64,000 nt of DNA from Zygnema circumcarinatum SAG 698-1b (lineage: Eukaryota > Plantae > Zygnematophyceae): NCBI GenBank assembly GCA_037447605.1, contig CM074808.1:558001-622000 (forward strand). The letters are read 5' to 3'. The position numbers and the translations under genes were made by a program. Below, piece after piece: positions 26,025 to 42,700 of this stretch. The notes beneath the pieces were generated by a model. That model saw only the letters and a list, made by a program, of their open reading frames with translations, searched no databases and was not told the origin of the DNA. Numbering within the stretch: position 1 is the stretch's first letter; every line of letters begins with the position of its first letter.

Positions 26025-28926
26025 CTACCTGTTGGGCCTATCAGGATCAACGGAACTGGAAACATATCCCCACAGGTTGTCTCTGTCTGATACAGAACTC
26101 CCCAACTCCACAGGTTCCATTTCCACCTCACTTTCCCGCCCACTGTGAGTCTGCTCTGATGAATTATGGTGGGTCGCGAGTCTTCTAGATACATCGTCAG
26201 CACCATATGTTGCATGGACCCCATAGAACACATATACAAGTATTGTGACAATTGTCCATATGAAAAGGCGGTAGTAAGAACGGTAGTCAAGTGTGGCGAG
26301 AAGGAAGACGTTGAGAAGCATAGAGAAGGATGCCAGCCATGGCATACTTGGGGCCACAAATCCTTCAGGTCTGCGAGCTTCCGGAATAAAAATCTGCAAA
26401 AAGGGCCGAGAGATAGAGGTCAGCTTCTTAGGCCCTACAACCCCCCGGAAAAAGGAACTATAAACCGAGTCTCTGGGGGTTCAGGGCTCTCAGAAGCCAT
26501 GAAACGGTTTTACACGTCCGTGCAGAACTCCGTAGACTTACCCACAGAGAGAGGGTGGTGAGAAACCAGAGAGTGAAGAAGACAGCTGGGCCCATACTGC
26601 TATTTCGTTGGTACGAGATTCCCAACCCGAGGGAGCTGACAAGAATGGCTGCAAGGTGGCAAAGTATAGGCACTGGCGATTTTTGTCCAGGAATATAGGA
26701 CCGCCTGTAACCCCCACCAATGGATGAATTCCACTCTTAAACGAAACGTGAAGGCTAACCAAGTAAGGCAGGGGCTACGGCAGTGCTGGGATGAAAAATC
26801 TAAAGTCGTATCCTAAAGGTATATTTTTCTACGCAGGTGAAGCAGTATGTGAATTCACATGCGGCCGGAAAGTGAAACGACGGGAGAGGACGAAAGAGGA
26901 AGTAGTTAAGGAGTGGCCATACCTGTAGAGCAGCGCAGCAGCTACCATGAGGAAAATAAAGAGAGTTCCAATCGAGACCATGTTGGTAAGAGTTTCAAGA
27001 GATGTGAAGAATGCGATCAATGCGGTAACAGCACCTGTGAGGCGCAACAAGAAGAGCAAAATGAAGTGAGACTAAATGGCAAGTCCGGCTAGGTAAACTA
27101 CATCTATGAGAAGTTCAGAAAGGGAGAAAAAATGCTTATGCCCTTCCAAACACTTCGTGAGTCATTAAAACAAGGTGCTCACCTAGCCCTATCGTAGAAG
27201 CGACTGGTGTCCTCGTCTTCTCATGCACATGCGCGAATGCCTTCGGTAGTAAATGCGCCCTCGACATCACCATAGTGATGCGCGCTTGCGCAAGGAGACT
27301 TACCAAAAGTGATGTCAAGATTCCCATTACCGCCCCTAAGGCCACTACATAACGTGCCCATCTCCATCCGGCTATTTGAGAAAAAGCGGTGGAAAAAGGG
27401 GCATTCAGATCAATCTTTTGATATGGCACCATGAGGCACAATGACAACGACATAAAGACGTAGAGAACCGTGACGATGGAAACAGAACCGATAATTCCTA
27501 CAGGCAGATCCCTGGCAGGTTTCTGAACCTCTTCAGCCAAAGTAGCCACTGCATCGAACCCGACAAAGCTGAAGAAAACTAGAGCTGCCGCGTTCACAAC
27601 TCCATGATTACCATACGGTTTAAAGTTCCGTGTGACATTTTCCGCTTTTCCCTCAATGAAGCCGGCTAGAATCACGAAAAGTATCACCAATATAGTCAGA
27701 ATAGACACTACCGAGTTGACTATTGAGCTATCTTTTGTTCCGTAGCATAAAAGGGCCACTAGAAGGCCTATAACCAGCACCGCCAAGGGATCAAGCTCCA
27801 AATTTCCTGCCTGAATTCTGAAGGCGTCTGAATTTTGACCACATAGTGAGGCAAAGTATGATGTGAACCCACGAGCCACAGCAGCGCTTGATAGAATGTA
27901 CTCAAGAAGTATATTGGAAACTGTAATAAAGGCCGGAAATTCTCCGAACGTTACAAGAAGGTAGGAAAAGGCTCCACCAGCAATGGGCATTTCGACAGCA
28001 AATTCAGAGTAGCAGATAGCAGAAAGAAAAGCAGAGAGAGCCGCCAAAATAAAAGAAATAGCAACAGCAGGGCCTGCATAATCTCTTGCAGCCACACCTG
28101 TGATTACAAAAATACCTGCACCCAAACATTTCGTAAAAGGTTACAACATGCAAGCTTGGGATTGCAGTCCACAAGGGTTTTGATTCGACAGAAAATACAG
28201 ATTGAAAGTTGTTTGACTCTACGCTGGACAGTGTAACTTCAACAGAAGTGTGTTAGCACAGTATCTTATTGGCCAAACATCTGAACATCGCCAAGTTAAT
28301 GACTTTTCCTTTTCCTTTATGATCTTCACTAGGGGGGAATGGTTATCATAGCAGAAACTCTCAAAAAAATGTTCTAGAAAACATCCGAAATCATGATTCC
28401 GATCATTCCGAAACTGTTGTTTGCGGTTAAAACCAATTTACTTCTGCGAACTACAAATCTTCCAGAACATTCGACTTCAACAACTTGACCTGAAGGACAA
28501 TGAACTAGCTTTGTCCATTCGTGACCCTCGCAAGAAACCACTTGCATTATTGAAGTTGGTGAGAAGTTAGAAACTTGGATCAGTCATCGCTTCATCAACC
28601 AAGGAACGACTACTATCACTTCCTATGCTCCATGTTAGGCATTCAAATTTGTAGTCTCTTTCTGACCAAAGTAAGGAAACAATCCTGATCAAAATCTGCA
28701 AGTTTAGCCAAATACCTGCGCCAACAATGCAACCAATGCCGAAAAAGAGGGCGTCGAATGCAGTCAAGTTTTTTCTCATCTCATTGCTGCCCTCCGAGCT
28801 CTGCTGTGCCATAAGATCGTTTGCATCCTGAGCCAAAAACATCCTTTCTCGGAGCCGTCCTGGTATTGCTTTTGCATTGGCGCTGAACTGCTGCCAGGCA
28901 TCCTTCACGGACTCCCTTCTTCCCAT
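26025..28926 (-). CDS. Cationic amino acid transporter (APC superfamily, CAT family), 5 exons
   Basis: Exons 28926-28716, 28115-27183, 27034-26923, 26704-26542, 26393-26025 with GT-AG and consistent phases. Motifs GIGCIVGAGIFVITG, GPAVAISF, YSEFAVEMPIAGGAFSY, FFSFVGFDAVATLAEE, VSIGTLFIF and a C-terminal AA_permease_C-like segment (F.AP.MPWL..YGVH). Confidence 0.96.
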
Positions 28927-29519
28927 ACTGATGACAGAATATACCTTAACTTTCTCCAGAAAAAAACTGTAAAACTGTATCCTATTATTGATCAGAATTT
29001 CTTCCAACGAAAGACTATTATTCCGCTTGCATAAAAGAGCTATTCACAAAACCAAACAGTTGATTAAGCAGGCATTGTAAGCAGGTCGATCGACCGCTTC
29101 TATAGCGTTTCAAACCCTAAAAGACCGATTTCGAAGCCCTCATTGTTCAGAAAGAAATAAAAATTATAGAAGAAGAAGCTGTATCACTACACTGGATATG
29201 AAATTTTGAATTTTTCTTCTTAAAAAAGAGAGAACCGGAGCGATCGCTTGGTAAGAAAAACCGTGTTTGAAAGTAGGGGAAAGTCTCTGAAAGGGAAGAG
29301 GTGTGGGCATGAGAGCATCTGGCAAAGGCCCTTATGGGCTGGTCCTTGGTAACTTTATCGAGGGTGTCTTTCTTTAGACAGAAAAAGATAGCTAATCAGA
29401 GACTGCCACGTAAGAAAGTATGTCCGACGTGAAAAGTTATGATTGGTCCACTACTAAAGTTCACACCAATAGAAGCTTCCCATTTTTTTCTCTTTCTCTG
29501 TACCTCTCTCGCTCTCTCT

Positions 29520-32320
29520 CAGCGCCGGCTGAAGATTTAGATTTGAAGATTGAGCTCCATTTTCTGGCAAGATTTAACCAGAAACAAGAGTATTCTGAAT
29601 CTGTTGAAGCGGTTTCTTTCACTGAATAGCAAGAGCAGAGCGGCTTTTTTGGGTGGGGGAGTCTCCGGCATTGAGTATGGGTGCAGGCGCCACGCGAGCC
29701 AGAGGGAGTCCGGAAGCTGTTTCTCCACCAGCAGGTTCGAGATTTCATTCAGGATGATTTGGCTAAACCGACAGGATGTATGATCGGGAGAATCTCTATT
29801 CTGTGTATTCCCAGCAGGTTGTTGGCTTCTCGTTGAATTTTCTTGCATGAGGCTCTCAGATGAATGCACGAAGATGTCTCTTTTCCTCCTTAGTGCATTC
29901 CTTAGTAACATTACGTAGTGTTTATGTGGCAGACCAGAGCAGCAAGTCCCTGTGTATGCATGTGCAGGAGTTGGTAGCATTCTCAGAGGTATCAGCCAAC
30001 TGACTTTTCAGACAAAACATCTATTTTCCTACATCTAGATTTGTGATCACATTTTCTTTGTTTCCTGCAGGTCAAAAAAACCGCGGGCGAGGCGGGAGAG
30101 GAATATCCCATGCAGTGCAATTGAATTCAGGGCGAGCTTCTTCAGGAAAGCTTCAGACTAACAATGCTGCTGAACCTGAAGCTCAGGCTGCTGAAGACCT
30201 CCTTGGGCCTGCAACGAAAGCCTATCTGGCAGTTCTGAGGCAGCCAGTTTTAGGGTTCGTACCAGGAGAAGTGACTTCAGCAACAGGGAGGGAAGGAGGG
30301 AGTGCTACTCCGCAGCATCAGGAGGGTTCTGCCATAGAGGACGCCAATACTGCTGGGCCGGGTAACGGCGGCGAAGTGTGTAAAAAGCTGAAGGGAGGGA
30401 GTGGTGAAGGTAGTGTGAGCGATGTGGGTGGACAAGCATCGGAAAATGGGCAAATATTCGGCTCATTGTCGCCCCTGCAAATGCAGCCTGCTGAAGTAGA
30501 ACCTGAGCAAGCGGTTGCCTTCGAACCACAGTCAGTAGTTGTGACCAGAATGAAAGAGGTTTCAGAAAGAGAAAGAGCAGATTTTGGAGCGGAACAGATG
30601 TTGGAAAGGAGAGAATTGGAAGCACTTTCGGAGCAGCATAGCAGCGTTCCCGCAGGAAGGATGGGGAGCTCACAGGAGCAGAGCGCAGGCGACAACTGTG
30701 CAAAGATTGAAGTTGGAACGGTCCTACCCGTTATTGAAAGGAACGAAGTCTTGGTGACGGAGTTGGATGAGGACGAAGGAGAAGGAGAAACGACAGAACG
30801 CCGTGGAGTTTATCAGGAGGCAGCCCGATGTCGACCTGTAAGTGGTGTCTGTGCAGTCCACGGAAATGCAGGAGTCAACTGGAGTATTGCTCATCTGGAA
30901 GTTATAAGTATACAGGGCAAGTTAAAAGTTGACGGATGGTGATTGTGGACAAATTAGAGTTTGTGAGAAGATACCGATTCCGACACATAACCATGAGGCA
31001 CAGAAAGAGATGTGGAAGGAAAAATGGGGGTGGGAATAGGGAGCGCGTTATTGAGGCGCATATGAGAGACAGGGGAAAAGGAAGGAAAAAACTCAGTTGT
31101 GTTTTCAGCTGCCAACGGCTGCAGGAGCATGGTGCAGAGCCTGTACGAGGGTGTATTGCCTACAGGAGCATGAGGATTGAATCTTGAAATGTGGTACTAA
31201 TAATGAACTGTAGTTTATTGAGGCTCACTGGCATACGAGGGTGTGAAATTGAATGGCCCGGGAGAAGTAAAGTAGAGAGGAGGGAGGTTGGGCAAGGAAA
31301 TTGAGGGAGGGTTGGCGGGGAAAATGAGGAGGATCGAAACGGAAATAGGTCGAGGGAAGGGAGAAACTTGTGAGTAAGAGAAATTGCTGACGTTTCTTTT
31401 TTTTAGATGGTGGAACAAACTGAACACACGTAGTCGGCATTTTTGTAATGATTTGAAAATGGCCTGTCTGCTCTCAGGCGGAGGTGTATGTGGGAGACCT
31501 CTGTGTTCCCATTTCACCAAATGTGACCCAGCGAAAGAGGCATTCTACCACTAAGAAGCCCTCTACATTGAACAATACTTCCAGGAAACGACCCCAGAAT
31601 TACGACATATGCATTGAGGATCCAGCAGAGGAGGAGAGCAGGTGAGTTTTGGTTACAAACTTGCTAAAGAAAGGTAGTGTTGGAGGTGGAGCAATGGACT
31701 TGAGCCCTAAGGGCCTTCTAGAAAGAAAGCCCTTTTCAGAAACAGTTAAATACATTTTAGGTGAGTTTACATCAGGAAGTGATAACTTTCGGTGCTTTTG
31801 TCAGAAAGGTCAGCCTTTTGCAGAACAACGTTCTAATGGTCAGGGTGCTCCTTTCTTTGTCGCTTAAATGGAAGGAACTAAGATATTTTTCCATGACTGT
31901 ATGCCTGTTTCTCTCTCCTCCCTCTTTGGGAGGGGACAATACTTCACTCCACTTCTTCGCTTGTCTATTCTTGACCCCACACATTTACTGTATGCAGAGC
32001 TGTGAAGACCGGGAGATATGAGCTTCGCTATCCTTCAGTTGACCATGATGTGAAAGAGAGGCATGGAGGATATGCCGCGAGATATGAGCTTCGCTATCCT
32101 TCAGCTGACCATGATGTGAAAGAGAGGCATGGAGGACATGCTGGGGGGGAGCACAGCAGCGCATAGAATGTCCCAATGCAGGTCCAAACTGTAAGACATC
32201 TCTACTTCTTACCGCCTCTCACCATTGCGTTTCCTTACCGCTCTTGTACTCTACAACATCCCTGTGAATACCGATGCTGAAGTAAATCTTTGCGGTGGAG
32301 TTCATCAGGTTGATTACTGT
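29520..32320 (+). pseudogene. Possible relic or orphan spliced gene of unknown function
   Basis: A 299-aa acidic low-complexity ORF (30043-30942) behind a TTTCCTGCAG acceptor at 30070, further acceptor/donor-like sites (31407, 31641, 31997), and in-frame stops in the later segments. No recognisable family. Confidence 0.25.
32013..32141. repeat. 66-bp tandem duplication
   Basis: GAGATATGAGCTTCGCTATCCTTCAG(T/C)TGACCATGATGTGAAAGAGAGGCATGGAGGA begins at both 32013 and 32079. Confidence 0.9.
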
Positions 32321-32899
32321 ATATGTTGGAAGCATGTTAACGTTTGGGCCTTTCTATTGAGCCCACGATTGAGGAGATACCGGTTTGGGATACCAGTCAT
32401 GGGGTGAAAGGGAACATCTGAAATGGGAAGAGGGACCTTTCTGCACTGAAAAGTGATATCACCAAAGGGTTGGAGGAAGCACTGAAGCCTTCGATGTATG
32501 AAGACACCGTCTAGTTACTCCTATTCGGACACGTCCTATCTTTATTTTATTTTTTTGAAGTGTGTAAGTAAAGTAAGTTGGAGGGAATTTTGTTATTTTT
32601 TTCTTTGTGATAGGAGAGATATTTGCTTGCATACGTCTGTAAATGATGGTTTCTTACAGGTTACATTTTTGCGATAAAGGGAGATGAGGTCGAAAGTAGT
32701 GCGCATGGCAAAGGCGAAATGTAGAACCAATGTGAAACGGTCACAACTGACCTGTAAAACGAAAGAATGGCTATGGGGGGGTCTCGGCTTCTCGGCCTAA
32801 ACTCAAGTTTTCGATGAAAAGCATGCAATGGAGAAGATTAAAGCAACAAAATGCAATCGTATGGAATTTAAAACTGTTCCCATCGTCCCACGTACATCG

Positions 32900-33560
32900 A
32901 TGCAGTCGCTCCCTTTGCCTCCTTCTTCCAGTTCCAACTCTCTCGATCCCTTCCAGGTTCCATTGCGTGATGCCCATAATTTGCTTCCGATTAGTGCCCA
33001 GGCTCGTCTCGTGCGCCCCCATTTGCTCCTTGCCGTTGAGTCTGTCCCGAGTGTCCAACCCACTTTGACTGAGGAGGTGGTTGTTGCTGAGTTTTGTACC
33101 CTTATTGCGGCTCTCCCTTCCGATGTTGCGCGTGCTAGGCTTCGCTCTTGTGCTGGTATTGGGGCAGGGGCTTGGTTGGCTGTAACCCCTATATCTTCCA
33201 CTCTTTGTTTTACCCCCGGCCAGTTTCAGCTTGCAGCGTGACTTCGTCTTAGGCTCCCCCCACCCCCATTGCAGGGTTTTCCTCGTTGCGTTTGTGGTGA
33301 TTCGATCGATGTGCAGGGCGTCATCTTCCTCGATGCGCGAACGGTGGCAAACCCATTTTGGCTCATAATGTTGTGTGCGACGTGATTGCTGTTGTGGCAC
33401 AAGAGGCCGCTTTCTTGTGCGACGTGAGCTGAGCCACATTGTGCCCCCTCGAGCGACTATTCGAGGCAAGGACGGAGTTCGCCCTGATTTGGTCCTCCCT
33501 AATGGACGGTGCTCGGCACATTTTTGGGGATGTTGTGTTGGTTGATCCGACACGTAGCGA
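32900..33560 (+). mobile_element. Degenerate CRE-clade non-LTR retrotransposon C-terminal fragment (CCHC knuckle and restriction-like endonuclease)
   Basis: RARLRSCAGIGAGAWLAVTP..F.LA*LRL..RCVCGDSIDVQG.H..RC..G..AHNVVCDVI, then GVRPDLV (~33474) and GDVVLVDP. This is the layout of RLE-bearing CRE-like elements. Contains a stop and frameshifts. Confidence 0.75.
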
Positions 33561-34395
33561 GTTATTGTCGCGTGTTGCGTGATTGTCCTTAGGTCCTTCG
33601 ATCCGGCGCCAATGGTTGGCAACCAGTCGATTGGTTGCTCTAATGGTCCGACCTGTGAAAAACTTTCAATTTATGGCGCAAAACCAACCACAATTGTAAT
33701 AAAAACATGGCACATTTTGCAAATCAGGACACCCCTGAGCCTGAATTCCTTGCTCCCAGTTGCAGTTCCGTTCTGTCCCGCGTGACCTGCAACGGTAAAC
33801 GGAGCGTTCCTTGCATGGCCGGTCCGGCGCGCGTGACCGGCCGCCGTCGCGAGACGTGACGTGACAGCGAGAGGCGTCCCTCTCCGCCGCTCTCGCCGGC
33901 TGCGGTCGACGGGCGAGCTCGGGACCCGCTCGGCCATGGCGGCTGGAGGGGCTCCGGTCTCTCATTTTCAGCAAGGCTGGCATTTCAGGTGATTTTTTCG
34001 TCACCTTGACTATAATGTCCACGGAGATGTGGGTTTTGATGTTGGGGTTTAGTGTTTTGAAGAAGCCGAAAGTGATTTCGCGTAGTTCTTTGGAGGTCTG
34101 GTTTTCTATTATAGCGTTTGCACGATTCCGCGATTTCCTTTGAGAGAGTTGGAAATGGAAGGGGGCAGAGGGACTGGGTTCTTCGAGAGAAGATCGATGA
34201 AGGGAACGATTTATAATTCGGCGGGATTGCAGTTTCTTGCTATAATTTTTTTCGTTACATGCTTTCTACCAAAAGGTAACCCAGATAATTGAAGAGCTGT
34301 TCTCGAAATCGAGATATCCCACGAGAAAACTGGAGGGGACGAGATAGATAGAGGGGTGGGGAGAGAAGAAAGATGGAAGAGGGAAAGGAAGATGG

Positions 34396-34604
34396 GAGAG
34401 GGAGAGGGAGAGGGAGAGGGAGAGGGAGAGGGAGAGGGAGAGGAGAGGAGAGGGAGAGGGAGAGGGAGAGGGAGAGGGAGAGGGAGAGGGAGAGGGAGAG
34501 GGAGAGGGAGAGGGAGGAGGGAGAGGGAGAGGGAGAGGGAGAGGGAGAGGGAGAGGGAGAGGGAGAGGGAGAGGGAGAGGGAGAGGGAGAGGGAGAGGGA
34601 GAGG
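34396..34604. repeat. (GAGAGG)n microsatellite
   Basis: Direct reading of a hexamer tandem. Confidence 0.95.
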
Positions 34605-34709
34605 GTGAACATGCGGAACGTGGTGTTTTCAATACAAGATGACGGAAGGCTGATTTGCAATTTTGTTGACCGGGACTATTTTTCATCGGAATGTAATTTT
34701 CGGGTGCAG

Positions 34710-38525
<3,816 letters not shown>

Positions 38526-39746
38526 AGAGGAGGATAGAGATGAGAGTGATTATGGGTAGTGGAGGTGGGCATGAATGAGTTTGAATTTATTTGGGTTTGC
38601 ATTATAGTTCTCGCTTTGGTGGTGGGGAGTGGTTAGAGAAGAGCGTCAACATGAGCATGTACTACTGCAGTAACAAGAAACAAGGCACAAGGGCGATCAG
38701 CATTGTGTCGTTACTTTTACACTACCCATCTCTCCCTGATGAATAGAGGATATCTATCGCGTCTACATTGATGTAAGGATACAGGTGCATCTGTTCAAAT
38801 CCTGTCATCTATCTAAACTTCTCCTTTGTTGGATAAAGAAGAAAATGCATGTGATGGCTAGATGCATGTGTGCATGCATGTGGAGATTGAAACACATTTT
38901 CTTTGGCCCCCCTTCCCATCCTTCCCCTTTTTCTTTTTCTTGTTCATTTTCCTTCGTTCTCGTGGTTCCCCATGCTGATTTCGTCCATGTAAATTTGATG
39001 GCGTCATCGCCATCCAATCGACAACCTCCGTCAATAACTCCTCCCTGCGCTGTGCTCAACATTAGCCGTCGTCATCTTCACATCGAAGAAGTGCTAACGC
39101 CACAGCGAAAATGTCACCGCCAATCGACTAGATGTCGGTGGAAACATAGCCAATCAGAAGTCACGACAATATGTCAATCAAGAGCCATCGACCATATGTC
39201 CGTGCTACTGCAGCCAATCAGGCAATTGGCAAGTTCTGTCGTTTGTGTGTGACCATGTAGTCAACTCGCCGTCGTATCGAGCTTGAATTACAGCTATCGT
39301 GCGGGTATCGGCCTGTCGGCGCTGGCGCCATTACCGTACTTTCCGCTGGCCGGTGGAAGATCGCCGACGAACCCAATCGAGCTTGCCGTCGAAGGGAGAG
39401 AGAGGGAGAGGGGAGGAAAGAGAGGGTGAGGGCAAGAGAGGGAGAGAGGGAGAGAGGGCAAGAGGGGGAGAGAGGGCAAGCGAAGGAAAGAGGGAGAGAG
39501 AGGGATAGAGAGGGAGAGAGGGGGGAGAGGGAGTGAGGGAAAGGGAGGGAGAGAGAGGGAGAGGGGGAGAGAGGGAGAGTGGGAGAGAGGGAGAGAGTGG
39601 GAAGGGAGGGAGAGAGGGGTAGAGCAGGAGAGAGGGGGAGAGAGGGAAAGGGAGGGAGAGAGGGGGAGAGAGAGGAGAGAGTGGAGAGAGGGAGAGAGAG
39701 ATAGCGGGAGTGGGAGAGAGGGCGAAGGAGAGGGAGGGAGAGAGCC

Positions 39747-42700
39747 ATGTTACCACGTCTCCGCTCGCATCCCTCCTCCCTCTTCAGGGGGGCGAAAAAA
39801 ACCCTTCCTTCTCTCCAATACCCCACACCCAAAAGCTCCAAACCATTCGAAACTCCCCCTGCCAACCCCAACCTCTCCCACAATGGAAACATTCGTATTT
39901 TTATCACCAAAAACTTCAAAAACCATAATCATTCTACCAACAGTTCTATCCAAGATATCTCCAACAGCATCTCAAAGTTGACCGCTTGTCACGGATTTCA
40001 GACCCATGTGGAGCTGCCACGTGGCAGCTTAAACGCAGACAAGGCCACCCGCCCAGGGCAGCACCGATCGCCAATAACTGACTCCCTGTGGAAAATTGCG
40101 TCCGAAAGAAATTGGGACGGGCCGCCCCAAACAGAGCTCATCACAAAAACGGCCTCCGATTCGCTAACGGAGGTGCGTTACGCTTTTTCAACGGATTCAG
40201 TTTTACGGGAACGCTACAGAAATCCGTGGGGAGTCGTGAAAATAGGTCAAATTTTGGAGGATCTCGACTCGATCGCTGGCGCGGTGGCTACAAAGGTGAG
40301 GAGGGATTTGGATCACTTTTGGGGATTTTTATTAGATTTTAGGGTTTAAGGGTATTGAGGATTTTGCGGGGTTTAGGGTTGAAGGGTTTTAGGGCTTGAA
40401 GCCGGGCATTCCTTCCTTCAGGTTTTTTTTTTTTCTTATTCTTTGATGAAATTCGCGTTCAGGATGTTGAAAAATGTTGAGGGTGCTTAAGACCACCCCT
40501 TTGCAGCTTCCTTCAGACCCTTCTATTTGCTTGCTCCTATTTATTCATTCATTTTTGGGTTTATTAATTTAAAATTCCTTCTTTCTGATTGGAAGTAGAT
40601 CATGGAGCTTAAAAAATCCCGAGCACCTGCACACCCCATCATTTCATTCTCCCTCACTTTCCCATCGTAAAGGCGTAGCCAATGGCGGGGTGCCACCTGG
40701 CAGCACTGCGATGATAACGACAAAACCACCCGCCCGCTGCTCCTCGTGACGGCCTCCATCGACAAGATCACCCTCAGAAGGCCTCTTCTCCTGGATGCTG
40801 ACGTGGCAGTCAGGGGAGCTGCCACGTGGGTAGGAAGGTCATCCATGGAAATCGCCATTGACGTCATCCAACCAGACGCACAAGGTGCGATAGATTCCGA
40901 TTATCATTAAAAAAGAAAAAATTGGGCGCAATTTGTGTACATGTACTCCATGCGTAGACATACGAAAAGAAATAAATTTGCATTTGGGATTTTCCACAAC
41001 TGATGCTCTTAACCTTTGAAGACCTAGAAAGTTGTCAACCTGAAATTGCAAAACTAGGTTGATCCTCCCTCCACTCTCTCTCTCTCCCCACTCTCCTCTC
41101 CCTCACTTCTCATCTCTTCACTCCTCACTCTCTCTCTCCCTCTTCCCACTCTCTTCTCTCTCTTCTCCTTTCTTCACTCAACTCTCTCTCTCTCCCTCTC
41201 CCCACTCTCTTCTCTCTCTCTTCTCCCCTCTTCTCTCTTCACTGAAAGCTCTCTCTTTGCATTCTCTTCTCTCACTCTCGCCTGCCGTCACTCAACACAC
41301 TCTCTCTCTCTCTCTCTCGCCCTCTCTCTCTCCCACAGACCCCTCCTGCGATCCAGTGGCTGTCCATGCCAAGTTCACATTCGTAGGGCGAGACGCGAAG
41401 TCGAACGCGGCCGCTCCCCTGAACCGCCTCCGCCCCGAAACGGACCGCGAAAAAAAACTTTTTGCGGACGGCGCGGCGCGGGACGCTCAGCGCAAAGCCG
41501 AGCGCTCCAAACGGACCGGGGGAGAGGCCCGGGGCTCGGACCCATTCCAACCGGGAAGGTGCATGCATGCACATGCACATGCATCTCTAAAACAAGCATT
41601 CCTCTCTCTCTCTCTCTCCCTCTCTCTCTCTCCCCCTCTTTCTCGCTCTCTGTCTCTCCCTCTCGCTCTAGACCATGCATATGCTGAACCATACCCCCAA
41701 ACCTAAAACTCGAAACCCTCAACTTAACACCCTAAACTCTGAATCTTGGCAGCGATTTGCGGCTTATGGAGCTTCTAGAAGAGGGCCGGCTGATGTGTGA
41801 GATGCCGGCCCTTACTAGGGGAGACGCCCTCCTTGTGCGAGACACCCGCCTGGAGAATGCGATCATCTGTCAGCCGCAGCAGCGCAACAGCTATGGCCGC
41901 ATCTTCGGAGGGTTTCTGATGCGGCGCGCCTTCGAGCTCGCATTCTCCACCTGCTATGTCTTCTGTGGGGCACGCCCTCTCTTCCTGGAGGTTGACTATG
42001 TCGACTTTCACAGACCGGTACGGTTTAGGTTAGTTGTTTTTTGTTATTTTTTTGTTGGTTTTGGGATTTTCGAGTTTCTTGTGGTGTTTGTCTTTGGGTT
42101 CTTTTGGGTCTATGTGATAGTAAAGAAGTTGAGGATGTCTAAGGTGAGCGGATTCGCTGTTCTTAGGAGGATTTTGAAGTTTTTAAGCTGATGTGGGACC
42201 CGTCTCTTGCTGTTAGGTGGACATTGGAGACCTCCTGCGCTTCAAGTCGTGTGTTTTGTATACGGAGGCAAATCTTGAACGCCCAAAAATTCATGTTGAA
42301 GTGACAGCTATAGTCATGCAGCCGGAAGTGCGAAAGTCAAAGGTAGGGAACAGTTCTCTCCCTCTCCCTCTCCCTGCCTTTGTCCCACTGTACAAAGAAG
42401 TGTCACTTGCAGGGAGATAAATCTCAGACTAAAGCACTGAGCACTCCCACAGCCGTCTGAAACCTCAAAACCCTAAAAAGCCTAAAAAGTTCAGTCGTAT
42501 TCGTGCGTATCACTGCCCTCATCATGTGGGCGAGGGAGGGAGGGCAGGTCTCCAACACGTTCTACTTCACGTTCACGTTCGATCCACTCCCTTGCGGCCA
42601 CAGGGGGGGCGTAGTGAAGCGCGTTATTCCCACAACGGAGGAGGAGGCGCGCTCCATGCTAGCGCGCTATGATGCGGACCATTTGGACCATGCCTTGTGA
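39747..42700 (+). CDS. Acyl-CoA thioesterase, ACOT9-like double hot-dog fold, probable organellar targeting peptide, 6 exons
   Basis: Exons 39747-40295, 40704-40884, 41339-41558, 41753-42017, 42217-42342, 42548-42700. Motifs LRERYRNPWG..IGQILEDLDSIAG, LLLVTASIDKI, TWVGRSSMEI, FTFVGRD, PQQRNSYGRIFGGFLMRRAFELA, VDFHRPVDIGDLL and VSNTFYFTF. N-terminus MLPRLRSHPSSLFRG is R/S-rich. Confidence 0.95.

Noticed and set aside
40335-40396. Telomere-like TTTAGGG words in the thioesterase intron (and AAACCCTA-like words at ~29113, ~41700, ~42470)
   Set aside because: Few, degenerate and non-tandem; not an interstitial telomere array.
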